Shown one piece after another: positions 1 to 8,889 of a DNA stretch of 24,000 bases. Both the position numbers and the translations under genes were made by a program. The notes under the pieces are model-generated. The model saw only the letters and a program-made list of their open reading frames with translations. It was not told where the DNA came from and did no database searches. Every line of letters starts with the position of its first letter. The stretch's first letter is position 1. Source of the stretch: Hartmannibacter diazotrophicus. GTDB taxonomy: Bacteria; Pseudomonadota; Alphaproteobacteria; Rhizobiales; Pleomorphomonadaceae. The stretch is taken from positions 532,550-556,549 of the forward strand of contig NZ_LT960614.1 in assembly GCF_900231165.1 (NCBI RefSeq), given 5' to 3'.

Positions 1-1348
1 GCTCGACTTTTCCTATTCCGGGCCCCAGGGCGGCGCGCTGGCGCGAGCACTTGCCGCCGGCAAGATCGAGCTTGGCGCGATCCACACCTATATCGAGTTG
101 TTCTCGCGCTACTTCGTCGACCTCACACCGAACGTCGCGCTGACGGTGGCCCGCGCGGCCGACCGGGACGGCAATCTCTACATGGGGCCGAACACCGAGG
201 ACTCGCCGGTGGTCATCGAGGCGACGGCCTTCAAGCAGGGCATCGTCATCGCGCAGGTCAACGAGATCGTCGACAAGGTGCCGCGTGTCGATATTCCCGG
301 CGACCGGATCGACTTCATCGTCCGCTCGCCGAGCCCTTTCTATCTCGAACCGCTCTTCACCCGTGACCCCGCCCAGATCACCGAAACCCAGATCCTGTCG
401 GCGATGATCGCGATCCGCGGCATCTACGAGCCCTACGGCATCACGCGGCTGAACCACGGGATCGGCTTCAACACCGCCGCGATCGAGCTGATCCTGCCGA
501 CCTACGCGCAAAAGCTGGGCCTCAAGGGCCGGATCGCGACGCATTTCGCCCTGAACCCGCATCCGACCCTGATCCCGGCGATTGAAAGCGGCTGGGTTCG
601 GCAGGTTCACTCCTTCGGCTCCGAAGTGGGGATGGACGCCTACATGAGGGCCCGCCCCGACATCTTCTTCACCGGCCGGGACGGGTCGATGGGGTCGAAC
701 CGGATGTTCTGTCAGGCCGCGGGACTTTACGCGACGGACATGTTCATCGGGTCGACACTGCAGATCGACCTGCAGGGCAATTCCTCCACGGTGACGCGGG
801 ACCGCATCGCCGGCTTCGGAGGGGCGCCGAACATGGGGTCGGACCCGCATGGCCGACGCCACGCCAGCGAGGCGTGGATGAAGGCGGGGCGGGAAGCCGG
901 CGGAGCGGGATTGCCACGCGGCCGCAAGCTGGTCGTGCAGATCGTCGAGAGCTTCGCCGACAAGATGGCTCCCGCTTTCGTCGAGAAGCTCGACTGTCTG
1001 GAGCTTGCCGAAACCCTTGGCCTCGCACTGCCGCCGGTCATGATCTATGGCGGCGACGTCACCCACATCGTGACCGAGGAGGGCGTTGCAAACCTCCTTT
1101 TGTGCCGCAACGCGGCAGAGCGCGAGCAGGCGATCCGGGGCATTGCCGGATACACCGAGGTCGGACGTGGCCGGGACCGGGCGATGGTCGAGGCCTTGCG
1201 CGCACGCAAGGCGATCCAACGGCCCGAGGATCTGGGCATCGACCTGCTCGACGCCAACCGAAACCTTCTGGCCGCGCGCTCGGTCAAGGATCTGATGCGT
1301 TGGTCCGGCAACCTCTACGAGCCGCCTGCAAAGTTCCGGAACTGGTGA
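1..1348 (+). CDS. mdcA: malonate decarboxylase alpha subunit (acetyl-S-ACP:malonate ACP transferase), 5'-partial
   Basis: The frame of ORF 98..1348 stays open back to nt 2 (codons read LDFSYSGPQGGALARALAAGKIELGAIHTYIE with no stop), so the gene enters from upstream. The protein is recognisably MdcA family (YMGPNTEDSP, IAGFGGAPNMG) and is followed by the rest of an mdc cluster. Confidence 0.9.
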   Translation, partial: LDFSYSGPQGGALARALAAGKIELGAIHTYIELFSRYFVDLTPNVALTVARAADRDGNLYMGPNTEDSPVVIEATAFKQGIVIAQVNEIVDKVPRVDIPGDRIDFIVRSPSPFYLEPLFTRDPAQITETQILSAMIAIRGIYEPYGITRLNHGIGFNTAAIELILPTYAQKLGLKGRIATHFALNPHPTLIPAIESGWVRQVHSFGSEVGMDAYMRARPDIFFTGRDGSMGSNRMFCQAAGLYATDMFIGSTLQIDLQGNSSTVTRDRIAGFGGAPNMGSDPHGRRHASEAWMKAGREAGGAGLPRGRKLVVQIVESFADKMAPAFVEKLDCLELAETLGLALPPVMIYGGDVTHIVTEEGVANLLLCRNAAEREQAIRGIAGYTEVGRGRDRAMVEALRARKAIQRPEDLGIDLLDANRNLLAARSVKDLMRWSGNLYEPPAKFRNW

Positions 1349-1359
1349 GGACGACGCCG

Positions 1360-1677
1360 ATGAACAAGTTGACGTTCAGCTACAGGACCGGCGAGAGGGC
1401 CGGCGGCAACCGGACGAGCGCCCTTGTGGGTGTCGTCGCGTCGGGAAACCTCGAGGTGCTGCTCGAACGCTCGCTCGGCGCCGAGGACTGCGTGATCGAG
1501 GTTGCAACGCCGGTGAACGGCTTCGACGACGTCTGGGCGACCGTGCTCGCCGACTTCGTCGACCGCGCCTCGCCCGGCGGATTGAGGATTTCGATCAATG
1601 ACGGTGGCGCCAGGCCCGACGCGGTGACCCTTCGTCTGTTGCAGGGCATGAGGATGATGGAGGGCGACAATGGCTGA
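1360..1677 (+). CDS. mdcC: malonate decarboxylase delta subunit (acyl carrier protein)
   Basis: ATG at 1360 inside the 874..1677 ORF frame, with GAGGA about 9 nt upstream. The 105-aa product carries VASGNLEVL, the serine motif of the MdcC/CitD prosthetic-group carrier family. Position directly after mdcA. Confidence 0.85.
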   Translation: MNKLTFSYRTGERAGGNRTSALVGVVASGNLEVLLERSLGAEDCVIEVATPVNGFDDVWATVLADFVDRASPGGLRISINDGGARPDAVTLRLLQGMRMMEGDNG

Positions 1678-2608
1678 CATGGAAATGGACCGGGACCTGT
1701 TGTCTGTCGGCGCGAGCTGGTTCCTGTCGACCGCGCGTGAACGGCTCGATGGATTTCTCGATGCAGGGAGTTTCGTGGAAGTCCTGCCGCCGACCGAAAG
1801 GCAGGTCAGCCCGCATCTGGATCTCTTCGGCCTGCCGGCGGCATTCGACGATGGCATGATCGTCGGACGCGGGCGGCTCGGAGGTCGCGAGATCCTGGTC
1901 GCGGCCCAGGAAGGCCAGTTCATGGGCGGAACGTTCGCCGAAGTCAGCGGCGCCAAGCTCGTGGGGCTCCTGCGCGCGGCCGCCCTGGGACCGGATCGGC
2001 CGGCGGCCGTGTGCATTCTCTTCGATAGCGGCGGCGTGCGGCTTCAGGAAGCCAATGCGGGCGAGTTGGCCGTCGCGGAAGTCATGCGAGCCATTTTTAA
2101 CACCCGTCGCGCCGGCATCCCGGTGATCGCACTCGTCGGTGGCAGGGCAGGGGCGTTCGGAGGCGCGGGTCTGGCGGCTGCGACCTGTTCCAGCATCGTG
2201 ATTTGCGAACAGGGCCGCACGGGTGTGAGCGGGCCGGAGGTCATCGAGACCAATGAAGGCGTCGAGGAATTCGACAGCCGGGACAAGGCGCTGGTCTGGG
2301 GCGTCACCGGCGGTCGCGCCCGCCGGATACTCGGTGGCGCCGACATCTACGTTGAAGACGGCGCATCGGCGTTCCGGGCGGGAGCGCTGGCCGCTCTTGA
2401 GGCGGCGCGGGTACCGGATCTCTCGGCATTGAAGGCGGAGCAACGGCGGCTGGCGAACCGGATTTCTCAGGCGGGCGATGCCCGCAGCGTTCGGGAACTC
2501 TGGTCCCGGTTTGGCATCGCAGACGCCGAAGCGGCCCGCAATATGAGCGACCCGGACTTCCAGCAACTTGTTTCCAGCGTGCAGGAGGGCAGTCATGCGG
2601 CGCGATGA
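1670..2608 (+). CDS. mdcD: malonate decarboxylase beta subunit (carboxyltransferase)
   Basis: ORF 1670..2608 with GGAGGG 5 nt upstream of the ATG and an 8-nt overlap with mdcC. Carboxyltransferase-type sequence (GRGRLGGREILVAAQEGQFMGGTFAEVSGAKL). Confidence 0.85.
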   Translation: MADMEMDRDLLSVGASWFLSTARERLDGFLDAGSFVEVLPPTERQVSPHLDLFGLPAAFDDGMIVGRGRLGGREILVAAQEGQFMGGTFAEVSGAKLVGLLRAAALGPDRPAAVCILFDSGGVRLQEANAGELAVAEVMRAIFNTRRAGIPVIALVGGRAGAFGGAGLAAATCSSIVICEQGRTGVSGPEVIETNEGVEEFDSRDKALVWGVTGGRARRILGGADIYVEDGASAFRAGALAALEAARVPDLSALKAEQRRLANRISQAGDARSVRELWSRFGIADAEAARNMSDPDFQQLVSSVQEGSHAAR

Positions 2609-3320
2609 GATTTTGTCCGCTCTGTTTCCCGGCGGTTGGAGCATCACCGATCGCGACGATGCCCTGATGCTCGGGACTGGCACCATGGCTAGCGGCGGCA
2701 CCGTTCATGTCGTCGGCATCGAGCAGGGCAAGGCCCTTGGGGTCGATGGTGCGATCATTCTCGCCGGGCACGTCCTCCGGATCGTCGAGGAGGGCGGCCG
2801 CGATCCGCTCCTCGTGATGATCGACACCAAGGGTCAGCGCATGAGCCGCCGCGACGAGATGCTCGGGCTGAACGAGTATCTCGCGCACCTTGCCAAGACC
2901 ATTCTCCTCGCCAGCCGGTCAGGTCATCCAACGATCGGGCTTGTTCATGGCAAGGCGGCAGCCGGAGCCTTTCTCGCCACCGCCCTGGCGACGGATCTCC
3001 TGCTCGCCTTGCCGCAGGCCGAGCCGGCGGTGATGGACCTGCCCTCCATCGCCCGCGTCACCAAGCTTCCCGAAGATCAACTGAAGCGTATGGCGCGCTC
3101 GACGCCAATCTTCGCGCCCGGCGTGGATCCGATGTACGGCATCGGCGCCATCGAAACCATTCTGGATCTGGACGGTGACCTTGCCGCCCAATTCGAGGAA
3201 GCCCTCGGCCGGGTCGACGGACGCGACATGCGGGACGAAACCGGGCTCGAGCGTGGCGGCCGGCGACTGGCTGCGATGATCTCGCGCAAGGTCATCGCGC
3301 GGGTGCGTGACGCGCGATGA
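2595..3320 (+). CDS. mdcE: malonate decarboxylase gamma subunit
   Basis: In the frame of ORF 2568..3320. I prefer ATG 2595 (MRRDEILSALFPGG), which has GGAGGG at 2584-2589; it overlaps mdcD by 14 nt. Carboxyltransferase-like body (LLVMIDTKGQRMSRRDEMLGLNEYLAHLAK). The start is uncertain by 27 nt. Confidence 0.8.
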   Translation: MRRDEILSALFPGGWSITDRDDALMLGTGTMASGGTVHVVGIEQGKALGVDGAIILAGHVLRIVEEGGRDPLLVMIDTKGQRMSRRDEMLGLNEYLAHLAKTILLASRSGHPTIGLVHGKAAAGAFLATALATDLLLALPQAEPAVMDLPSIARVTKLPEDQLKRMARSTPIFAPGVDPMYGIGAIETILDLDGDLAAQFEEALGRVDGRDMRDETGLERGGRRLAAMISRKVIARVRDAR

Positions 3321-4006
3321 CCCTCGCGCGCCACGATCTTCTCCTGGTGCGGCCCGAGTGCTGGGCAGGTGTTCTTGCACGTGCGCACCGGGCCGGATGG
3401 CAGCCTGGCGCACCGGCATTGCAGCCGCAGGCACGCAAGCTGGTCGCGGGCTGGGCGGAGCAAGGGTGGCCCGTCATCGTCCGACGTTTGGCGGCCTGCG
3501 AAACATCGCCGCTCATCGCGGTCGGCCTGCCGCTACCGCCATCGCTGGGAAAGCAGCGCATTGCCCTTGAGGTTGCGCCGCAGGAGGTCCTTGACTCCCT
3601 CGCCGGGGTCCATCTCGGACGGGAGATCGGGTCATTGCCGCCACGGCTCGCGCCGCAACTGGGAGACGTCCTCGATTTGGCGCATGCCTGCGGCGTCGCT
3701 CCCCGGATTTTCGGAGCGCTGCTCTGGCAGCATCTCACCGGCCTTGAGTATGTGCATGGCGGATCGGACATCGACCTGCTGTGGCCTCTTGGCGAGGCTA
3801 CGGACCGGAATAGGCTGCTGGGCGGGTTAACCGCGATCGACGAGACGGGCCCGGCGCGCATCGACGGCGAGATCCTGCTTGCCTCGGGCCGTGCCGTGAA
3901 CTGGCGGGAATTGCGCGACGGGTTGGTGGCGGGTGCCGAAGGGACCGTCATGGTGAAAACTCTGGAAGGGGTGCGGCTCGAATGTTTGCAGACACTCTTC
4001 AACTGA
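3317..4006 (+). CDS. mdcG: phosphoribosyl-dephospho-CoA transferase (holo-ACP synthase for MdcC)
   Basis: ORF 3317..4006 with an ATGA stop/start overlap with mdcE. Contains the nucleotidyltransferase-type GSDIDLLW motif typical of MdcG. Operon context. Confidence 0.8.
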   Translation: MTLARHDLLLVRPECWAGVLARAHRAGWQPGAPALQPQARKLVAGWAEQGWPVIVRRLAACETSPLIAVGLPLPPSLGKQRIALEVAPQEVLDSLAGVHLGREIGSLPPRLAPQLGDVLDLAHACGVAPRIFGALLWQHLTGLEYVHGGSDIDLLWPLGEATDRNRLLGGLTAIDETGPARIDGEILLASGRAVNWRELRDGLVAGAEGTVMVKTLEGVRLECLQTLFN

Positions 4007-4908
4007 CACGGTGTGCCCAAATCGGACCGGATGCGGCGTTCCGGGAGCCCGAGGTTGACCCCATCGATGCCCTGGCCGGACGGATCGGGGCGCTCGCGGC
4101 CGATGTTCTGGTTCGTGAGTTGGAGACATGGCCGAAGCCTGGCCTCGTCAGTCCTCTCGATGCGGGGAGCCATGACGACATGGACGTCCCCCAGTTTCTC
4201 GCCAGCATCGATGCCGTCGCCCCGTATTTCGTGCAGCTTGCGGTTTGCGGCGCTGAAGGAGGGGACCTCGAGGACCTGCGTGGCATTGGCCGCGATGCAG
4301 AAACCGCGATGATGGCGGCAACGGGCGGCGTCAACACGCACCGCGGTGCGATCTTTGCCCTCGGCCTCCTTTGCGCGGCGGCTGGCTCAAGGTCCAGGGA
4401 CAGGATGACGCGAACAACGCTCTCCGCCCGTCTCAACGCGGAAGGCGTGTGCGAACACGTAGCCCAGCACTGGGGAGAGGCTATTTTTCGCGGACCCATC
4501 CCCCTGCACAGTCATAGCAGCAAGATGGGGCGTCGCCACGGTGCCGGCGGTGCCCGCGCGGAGGCTGCGAGCGGCTTCTGGCATGCACGCTTTGTCGGAC
4601 TGCCGGCACTTCGCTGGGTCCGCAGTCAGGGTGTGCCGGAGCGGGCGGCGAATGTCCAAGCCTTCTTCGCACTTCTGGCGACCATCGATGACACCAATAT
4701 CCTGTATCGTGGCGGCGAGACCGGTGCCCGTGCGGCACGGAGCGCCGCCGCGTTGTTCCTTGCCCATGGCGGCGTGCTGAAGGCAGGTTGGGATGAGGGG
4801 GCTCTCGCGATCCATCGCAACTTCGTCTCGCAAGGACTGAGCCCCGGCGGATGCGCCGATCTTCTCTCCGTCACGCTGTTTCTCGACGCGATCGACAACC
4901 TCTCATGA
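3982..4908 (+). CDS. mdcB: triphosphoribosyl-dephospho-CoA synthase
   Basis: ORF 3982..4908; the only start candidate is ATG 3982, giving a 25-nt overlap with mdcG. MdcB/CitG-like sequence (WPKPGLVSPLDAGSHDDMD, GGVNTHRGAIFALGLL). Confidence 0.8.
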   Translation: MFADTLQLTRCAQIGPDAAFREPEVDPIDALAGRIGALAADVLVRELETWPKPGLVSPLDAGSHDDMDVPQFLASIDAVAPYFVQLAVCGAEGGDLEDLRGIGRDAETAMMAATGGVNTHRGAIFALGLLCAAAGSRSRDRMTRTTLSARLNAEGVCEHVAQHWGEAIFRGPIPLHSHSSKMGRRHGAGGARAEAASGFWHARFVGLPALRWVRSQGVPERAANVQAFFALLATIDDTNILYRGGETGARAARSAAALFLAHGGVLKAGWDEGALAIHRNFVSQGLSPGGCADLLSVTLFLDAIDNLS

Positions 4909-5843
4909 CCCGGCTGGCGGTCCTGTGTTCGGGGCAAGGAGGGCAGGGCCCCGGGATGTTCGACGCCATCGCCGACGCGCCCCAGGCCGGCCCGGTCTTC
5001 GCGCGGGCGGCCAGGGCTCTGGGAGGGCAGGACCCGCGCAGGCTTGTGAGCGAGGCACAGGATCGCATCCATGAGAATGCCGTGGCCCAAATCCTCTGCG
5101 CCACGGTCGCGATGGCCTGGTGGGCAATACTGGCGCCTCACGTCGGCAAGCCTCTTGCCGTTGCCGGCTACAGCGCCGGCGAATTGCCCGCATGGGGTGT
5201 CGCCGGCGTTCTCGATGTCGACGAGGTCTTTCGTCTCGTGGAGCTTCGGGCCGAGGCGATGGATCGCGCAAGCGTTGCGGATGCCGGACTGGGCGCCGTC
5301 AAGGGACTGCCGCGCAAGGACATTGACGCGCTTTGCCAACGGCATGGCGTCTATGTCGCAATTGTCGTCGGTCCTTTCCACTTTGTGCTTGGGGGAATGC
5401 GCGAGGCTCTCGCCAAGGCACTTGGCGAAGCTGATGCGCACGGCGCCAGCCGATGCGAACGGCTCCCGGTGCGCGTCCCCTCCCATACGCCGCTCCTGTC
5501 CGCTGCCGCCAGCGACTTCGCCGAGGATCTCAGGCACGCCGTCGGCGCCCCGGAAAACATGCGCGATGTCCGTCTCGTCTCCGGCCTCGATGGCAGCCGA
5601 ATCCGCGACATGGAAAGCGGCAAATCGAAACTCGCCGCGCAGATCGCGGCGACGGTCGAATGGTCACGGGTGATGGATGCTCTTCGTGCCGCCGGAACGC
5701 AGACGTTCCTGGAACTCGGCCCCGGCAGCGCGCTCTCCAATATGGCCGGCGAGTTCGCACCCGAACTTCCGTCGCGCTCGACAGCGCAATTCCGGACCAT
5801 CGAGGGCGTTCGCATGTGGCTTCAGGAAGGAACGCGCGGTTGA
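4905..5843 (+). CDS. mdcH: malonyl-CoA:ACP transacylase (malonate decarboxylase epsilon subunit)
   Basis: In the frame of ORF 4851..5843. ATG 4905 forms an ATGA overlap with the mdcB stop. N-terminus MTRLAVLCSGQGGQG and nucleophile motif GYSAGE are typical of FabD/MdcH acyltransferases. Confidence 0.85.
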   Translation: MTRLAVLCSGQGGQGPGMFDAIADAPQAGPVFARAARALGGQDPRRLVSEAQDRIHENAVAQILCATVAMAWWAILAPHVGKPLAVAGYSAGELPAWGVAGVLDVDEVFRLVELRAEAMDRASVADAGLGAVKGLPRKDIDALCQRHGVYVAIVVGPFHFVLGGMREALAKALGEADAHGASRCERLPVRVPSHTPLLSAAASDFAEDLRHAVGAPENMRDVRLVSGLDGSRIRDMESGKSKLAAQIAATVEWSRVMDALRAAGTQTFLELGPGSALSNMAGEFAPELPSRSTAQFRTIEGVRMWLQEGTRG

Positions 5844-5918
5844 CGCCAGCCGGCCTCGCGGTGGTTTCGGGTGATCGGCGGGCAAAGCATCAAGGGTGTC
5901 GATGGGGGGAAGTGCGCG

Positions 5919-6030
5919 ATGGCGTTTGTTCTCGTTCACGGCGCTTGGCATCACGGGGACATGTGGAGCGCGGTGCGCCGGCACCTGGAGGCCGCGGGGC
6001 ATGCCGTGCACACGCCGACCGCCGGCGCTG
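5919..6030 (+). pseudogene. 5' stub (about 36 codons) of an alpha/beta-hydrolase gene, truncated
   Basis: ATG 5919 is preceded by GGGGGGAAG. It reads MAFVLVHGAWHHGDMWSAVRRHLEAAGHAVHTPT, the canonical N-terminus of esterase-like alpha/beta hydrolases (FVLVHGAWHG...GH.V.TPT). The similarity is lost about 20 nt before the stop (6048) of the convergent regulator. The rest of ORF 5871..6647 is antisense to that gene and Arg/Gly-rich noise. Confidence 0.5.
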
Positions 6031-6047
6031 CGCGCGTACCGGGCAGC

Positions 6048-8885
6048 TCAGAGGCGCGCTCGCGCTTCTTCCAGCAAGGAGCGGGCGGCGCTGGGGAGCG
6101 AGTGACGATCGCTTTCCTCGATCTTTGCCAGCACCTCGATCAGGCTTGCTTCCGCCTCTTTGGGGCGCGACTGTTGCAGCAGGAAGAGCGCAAGAGACAC
6201 GGTGCCGCGCAATTCCCAGCCGGTGCAGGAGTGCCTGCGGGCGATTTCAATCCCCTCACGCATCGCGGCTTCCGCGGCGACGGGGTCGCTTTGCGCACCC
6301 GTGGACAGCAAGATGCCGCGCGTTCGGAAGAGTTCGGGCAGCAGGTACTCCTCGCCATTCGCATCCGCCATGGCAAAGGCACTGTCGAGCAGGGCGGTTG
6401 CTTCGGCATGATTGCCGCCCTCAAGGGCGATCGCTTCGGCAAGCTGGCGCTGGAGGTCCGTGAAGATGACGCGGTGGTTTTCGCGTTCGAGGATCGCCAG
6501 AGACGCCCGCAGGTCTTCGATGCCGTCCTTGAATTGGCCCCGCCGCACGCTGACGCACCCGCGCAGACCGATTGCAACGGCACGATAGGGCTCCAGGGAA
6601 TTCTTGGCCGCCAATTCATGGAGTTCCGCAACGCGCTCCTCGATTGAAGCGATTTCATCGCCCCAGATTGCCGCGGTCGTCGTGTAGATGAACGCAATGC
6701 ACAATGCGACCGGTTGGCTAAGGGCCCGAGCTTCCTCGATTGCCATGACGGCCGTGCGGGCGGAAAGCTCGAACTCGCCCAAAATCCAGAGGGTGCGGAT
6801 AAAGGCAATCATCCCACGGCCACGCTCGTCATAGCCGAGAGTGTCGATGTGCCGTGTGCCGCTCCTTGCGGATCGCTCCAGCGCAAGGTTGAAATGCTGT
6901 CGGGCAAGCAATTGATTTCCGCACAGATGATATGTCGTCCCCGACATCCAGTCGGCGGCAATCAGGGCATCGTCCGTCCCGATCTCCTTGGCGACGCTGA
7001 TTGTGCGCCCCGACATCGAAAGCATGCTGCGAAAGTCGGCCCGGCGCGAAAGGAAAATATGCAAGCCGGCCAGGAGACGCATCTCGTGTTCTTTGTTGCC
7101 AAGCGATCTTGCGATCGTCAGCGAACGGTCGATGGCGCGACGGACCTCCGGATCGTTGCCGCTGGTAAACATGCGGGCACCGGCAACGCCTTCCCAAAGC
7201 GCCAGTTCTATCTCTGTGTCGACAAACTCTTGCGGCATGCCTTCGAGGGCACGAGTGCACCATTGTTCGCATTCTCGCAGCAGCGATAGCGACAGCAGCA
7301 ATCGCACGGAGTTTGCCACGAGATCGGCAGTCAGCTGGCCTTCATCTTCAGCGTTCGAGCACCATTCGAATGCTGCTCGAAGGTTGCCAAGCAAATTTGG
7401 CGTGGCCAATTCCGCTGTGGCGGTATTGCGCAACTTCCCCAAGACGAAAAGGGAATGGCGGCGTGCAATCTCATCGGCGTCGCCGGAAGCGTTCAGTGCC
7501 GCTTTGGCATAGCTGCGAGCCATGTCGAGCAGACGGTAATTGACTTCGCGGCCGACGATCGATGTCCACAACAACGACTTGTCGGCAAGGGCTTCGAGGG
7601 TGAGGGCAATGGCGTTGGCGTCCTGAACGTCTCCCGCCACGATCTTATGGGCGTCTGCGAGCGTGAAATTGCCCACGAAGACCGAGAGTGTCGTCAAAAG
7701 GCGACGTTCATCTTCGGTCAGAAGATTGAAGCTCCATTCCAGGACGGCATGCAGGGTCTGATGCCGGGCCGGCGCCTGGCGACGACCCGGCCAGAGAAGC
7801 TTGAGGTGGTCGTCCAGCAATTCGGCGATGCCGTCGATGCCGTAACTTGGAACGCGGCTGGCAGCAAGCTCGATGGCAAGCGCGATTCCGTCGAGATGAC
7901 GGCAAATCCTGGCGACCGTTATGGCTTCGTCGTCCGACAATTTCTTGCGATAGCCGCTGGCAGCGGCACGCTCCATGAAGAGCTGAACAGCCGACCAGTT
8001 ATGAATATCGGAGGCTGTTATGAATTCGTCGGGAGGGCTTTCCAGAACAGGAAGCCAGTAGACCTGTTCGCCCTCCGCCCGCAATGCCTCCCGCGTTGTC
8101 GTGAGGATTGTCACGTCGGGGGCGTTCGCATGGATCTGCTCGGCGAGCGCCGAGACCGCTTCCAGCAGATGCTCGCAATTGTCGATCAGCAGAAGCACCT
8201 GGAGTTTGGCCAGCGCCTGCAACAGATCCTGGCTCGTGGACTCCGAATTTTGCGGCAATTTGATCGCCGAGGTGATTGCGGTTTCAACCAGCTCGTCTTT
8301 TGAGATCCCGCTGAGGTCGATGAACTCGACGCCGTCCCTGAATTCGCTGCGCAGGCTATGGGCGGTGGACACCGCGACAGTCGTCTTTCCAATACCTCCG
8401 GCGCCGACAATGCTGACGAAACGCGTCTCGGCGAGCAGTCGGGAAAGCTCTTGCACAGTCTCCTGCCGGCCGATCATTCTGCCGAGCGGCGATGGAAGGC
8501 GATTATGACTTCTCGGTCTGGCGGCAGTCTCGCTGCTGGTCCTCTGAGGCACCTGGCCTGCGTTGCGTTGCACATTGCCGACGAAGCAATAGCCGCGGCG
8601 TGGAATCGTCTCGATATAGCGCTCCTCGCCGTCTCCATCTTCGAGCGTGCTTCGCAACTTGGCGATATGGACGCGGAGATTTGCCTCCTCGACGTACATA
8701 TTGGGCCATGCCCGCTCGATGAGGTCCCGTTGAGTGACGACCTGTCCGGACTGGCTGATCAGAGCGTGGAGAAGGTCGAACGATCGCCCGCCGAGTTTGA
8801 CCTCTTCGCCATGTCGAAGCAGCAGTCTCTTTATTGGAAAGAGACGATATGGGCCGAAGCTATAAGTCTCTTGATCGTCAGTCAC
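6048..8885 (-). CDS. winged-helix (OmpR/PhoB-type) DNA-binding domain fused to NB-ARC/STAND P-loop ATPase and C-terminal TPR-like repeats; putative transcriptional regulator
   Basis: 945-aa ORF with a GTG start at 8885. The N-terminus YSFGPYRLFPIKRLLLRHGEEVKLGGRSFDLLHALI...IETIPRRGYCFVG is a trans_reg_C wHTH. Walker A GAGGIGKT lies at nt 8382-8405 (aa 161-168). Walker B/NB-ARC-like LLLIDNCEHLL is followed by ILTTTRE. The helical repeat C-terminal half ends in a WELR...SLALFLL motif seen in rhizobial ATPase-TPR regulators. Confidence 0.85.
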   Translation of the reverse strand: MTDDQETYSFGPYRLFPIKRLLLRHGEEVKLGGRSFDLLHALISQSGQVVTQRDLIERAWPNMYVEEANLRVHIAKLRSTLEDGDGEERYIETIPRRGYCFVGNVQRNAGQVPQRTSSETAARPRSHNRLPSPLGRMIGRQETVQELSRLLAETRFVSIVGAGGIGKTTVAVSTAHSLRSEFRDGVEFIDLSGISKDELVETAITSAIKLPQNSESTSQDLLQALAKLQVLLLIDNCEHLLEAVSALAEQIHANAPDVTILTTTREALRAEGEQVYWLPVLESPPDEFITASDIHNWSAVQLFMERAAASGYRKKLSDDEAITVARICRHLDGIALAIELAASRVPSYGIDGIAELLDDHLKLLWPGRRQAPARHQTLHAVLEWSFNLLTEDERRLLTTLSVFVGNFTLADAHKIVAGDVQDANAIALTLEALADKSLLWTSIVGREVNYRLLDMARSYAKAALNASGDADEIARRHSLFVLGKLRNTATAELATPNLLGNLRAAFEWCSNAEDEGQLTADLVANSVRLLLSLSLLRECEQWCTRALEGMPQEFVDTEIELALWEGVAGARMFTSGNDPEVRRAIDRSLTIARSLGNKEHEMRLLAGLHIFLSRRADFRSMLSMSGRTISVAKEIGTDDALIAADWMSGTTYHLCGNQLLARQHFNLALERSARSGTRHIDTLGYDERGRGMIAFIRTLWILGEFELSARTAVMAIEEARALSQPVALCIAFIYTTTAAIWGDEIASIEERVAELHELAAKNSLEPYRAVAIGLRGCVSVRRGQFKDGIEDLRASLAILERENHRVIFTDLQRQLAEAIALEGGNHAEATALLDSAFAMADANGEEYLLPELFRTRGILLSTGAQSDPVAAEAAMREGIEIARRHSCTGWELRGTVSLALFLLQQSRPKEAEASLIEVLAKIEESDRHSLPSAARSLLEEARARL

Positions 8886-8889
8886 GGGT

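Noticed and set aside
1595-2701. Long antisense and alternative-frame ORFs throughout the window (for example 1595..2701 -, 3292..4341 -, 12698..13822 -, 14083..15471 -, 16696..17793 -, 18099..19190 -, 19521..20918 +, 21673..22650 +).
   Set aside because: They are Arg/Pro/Ala/Gly-rich with no recognisable motifs. Each lies opposite or out of frame with a gene that has strong family signatures. This is the expected artefact of stop-codon scarcity in DNA of about 66% GC.
5871-6647. 258-aa ORF on the plus strand between mdcH and the regulator.
   Set aside because: Only the roughly 36 codons after ATG 5919 look like a real protein (hydrolase N-terminus). The remainder is antisense to the well-supported 945-aa regulator gene.
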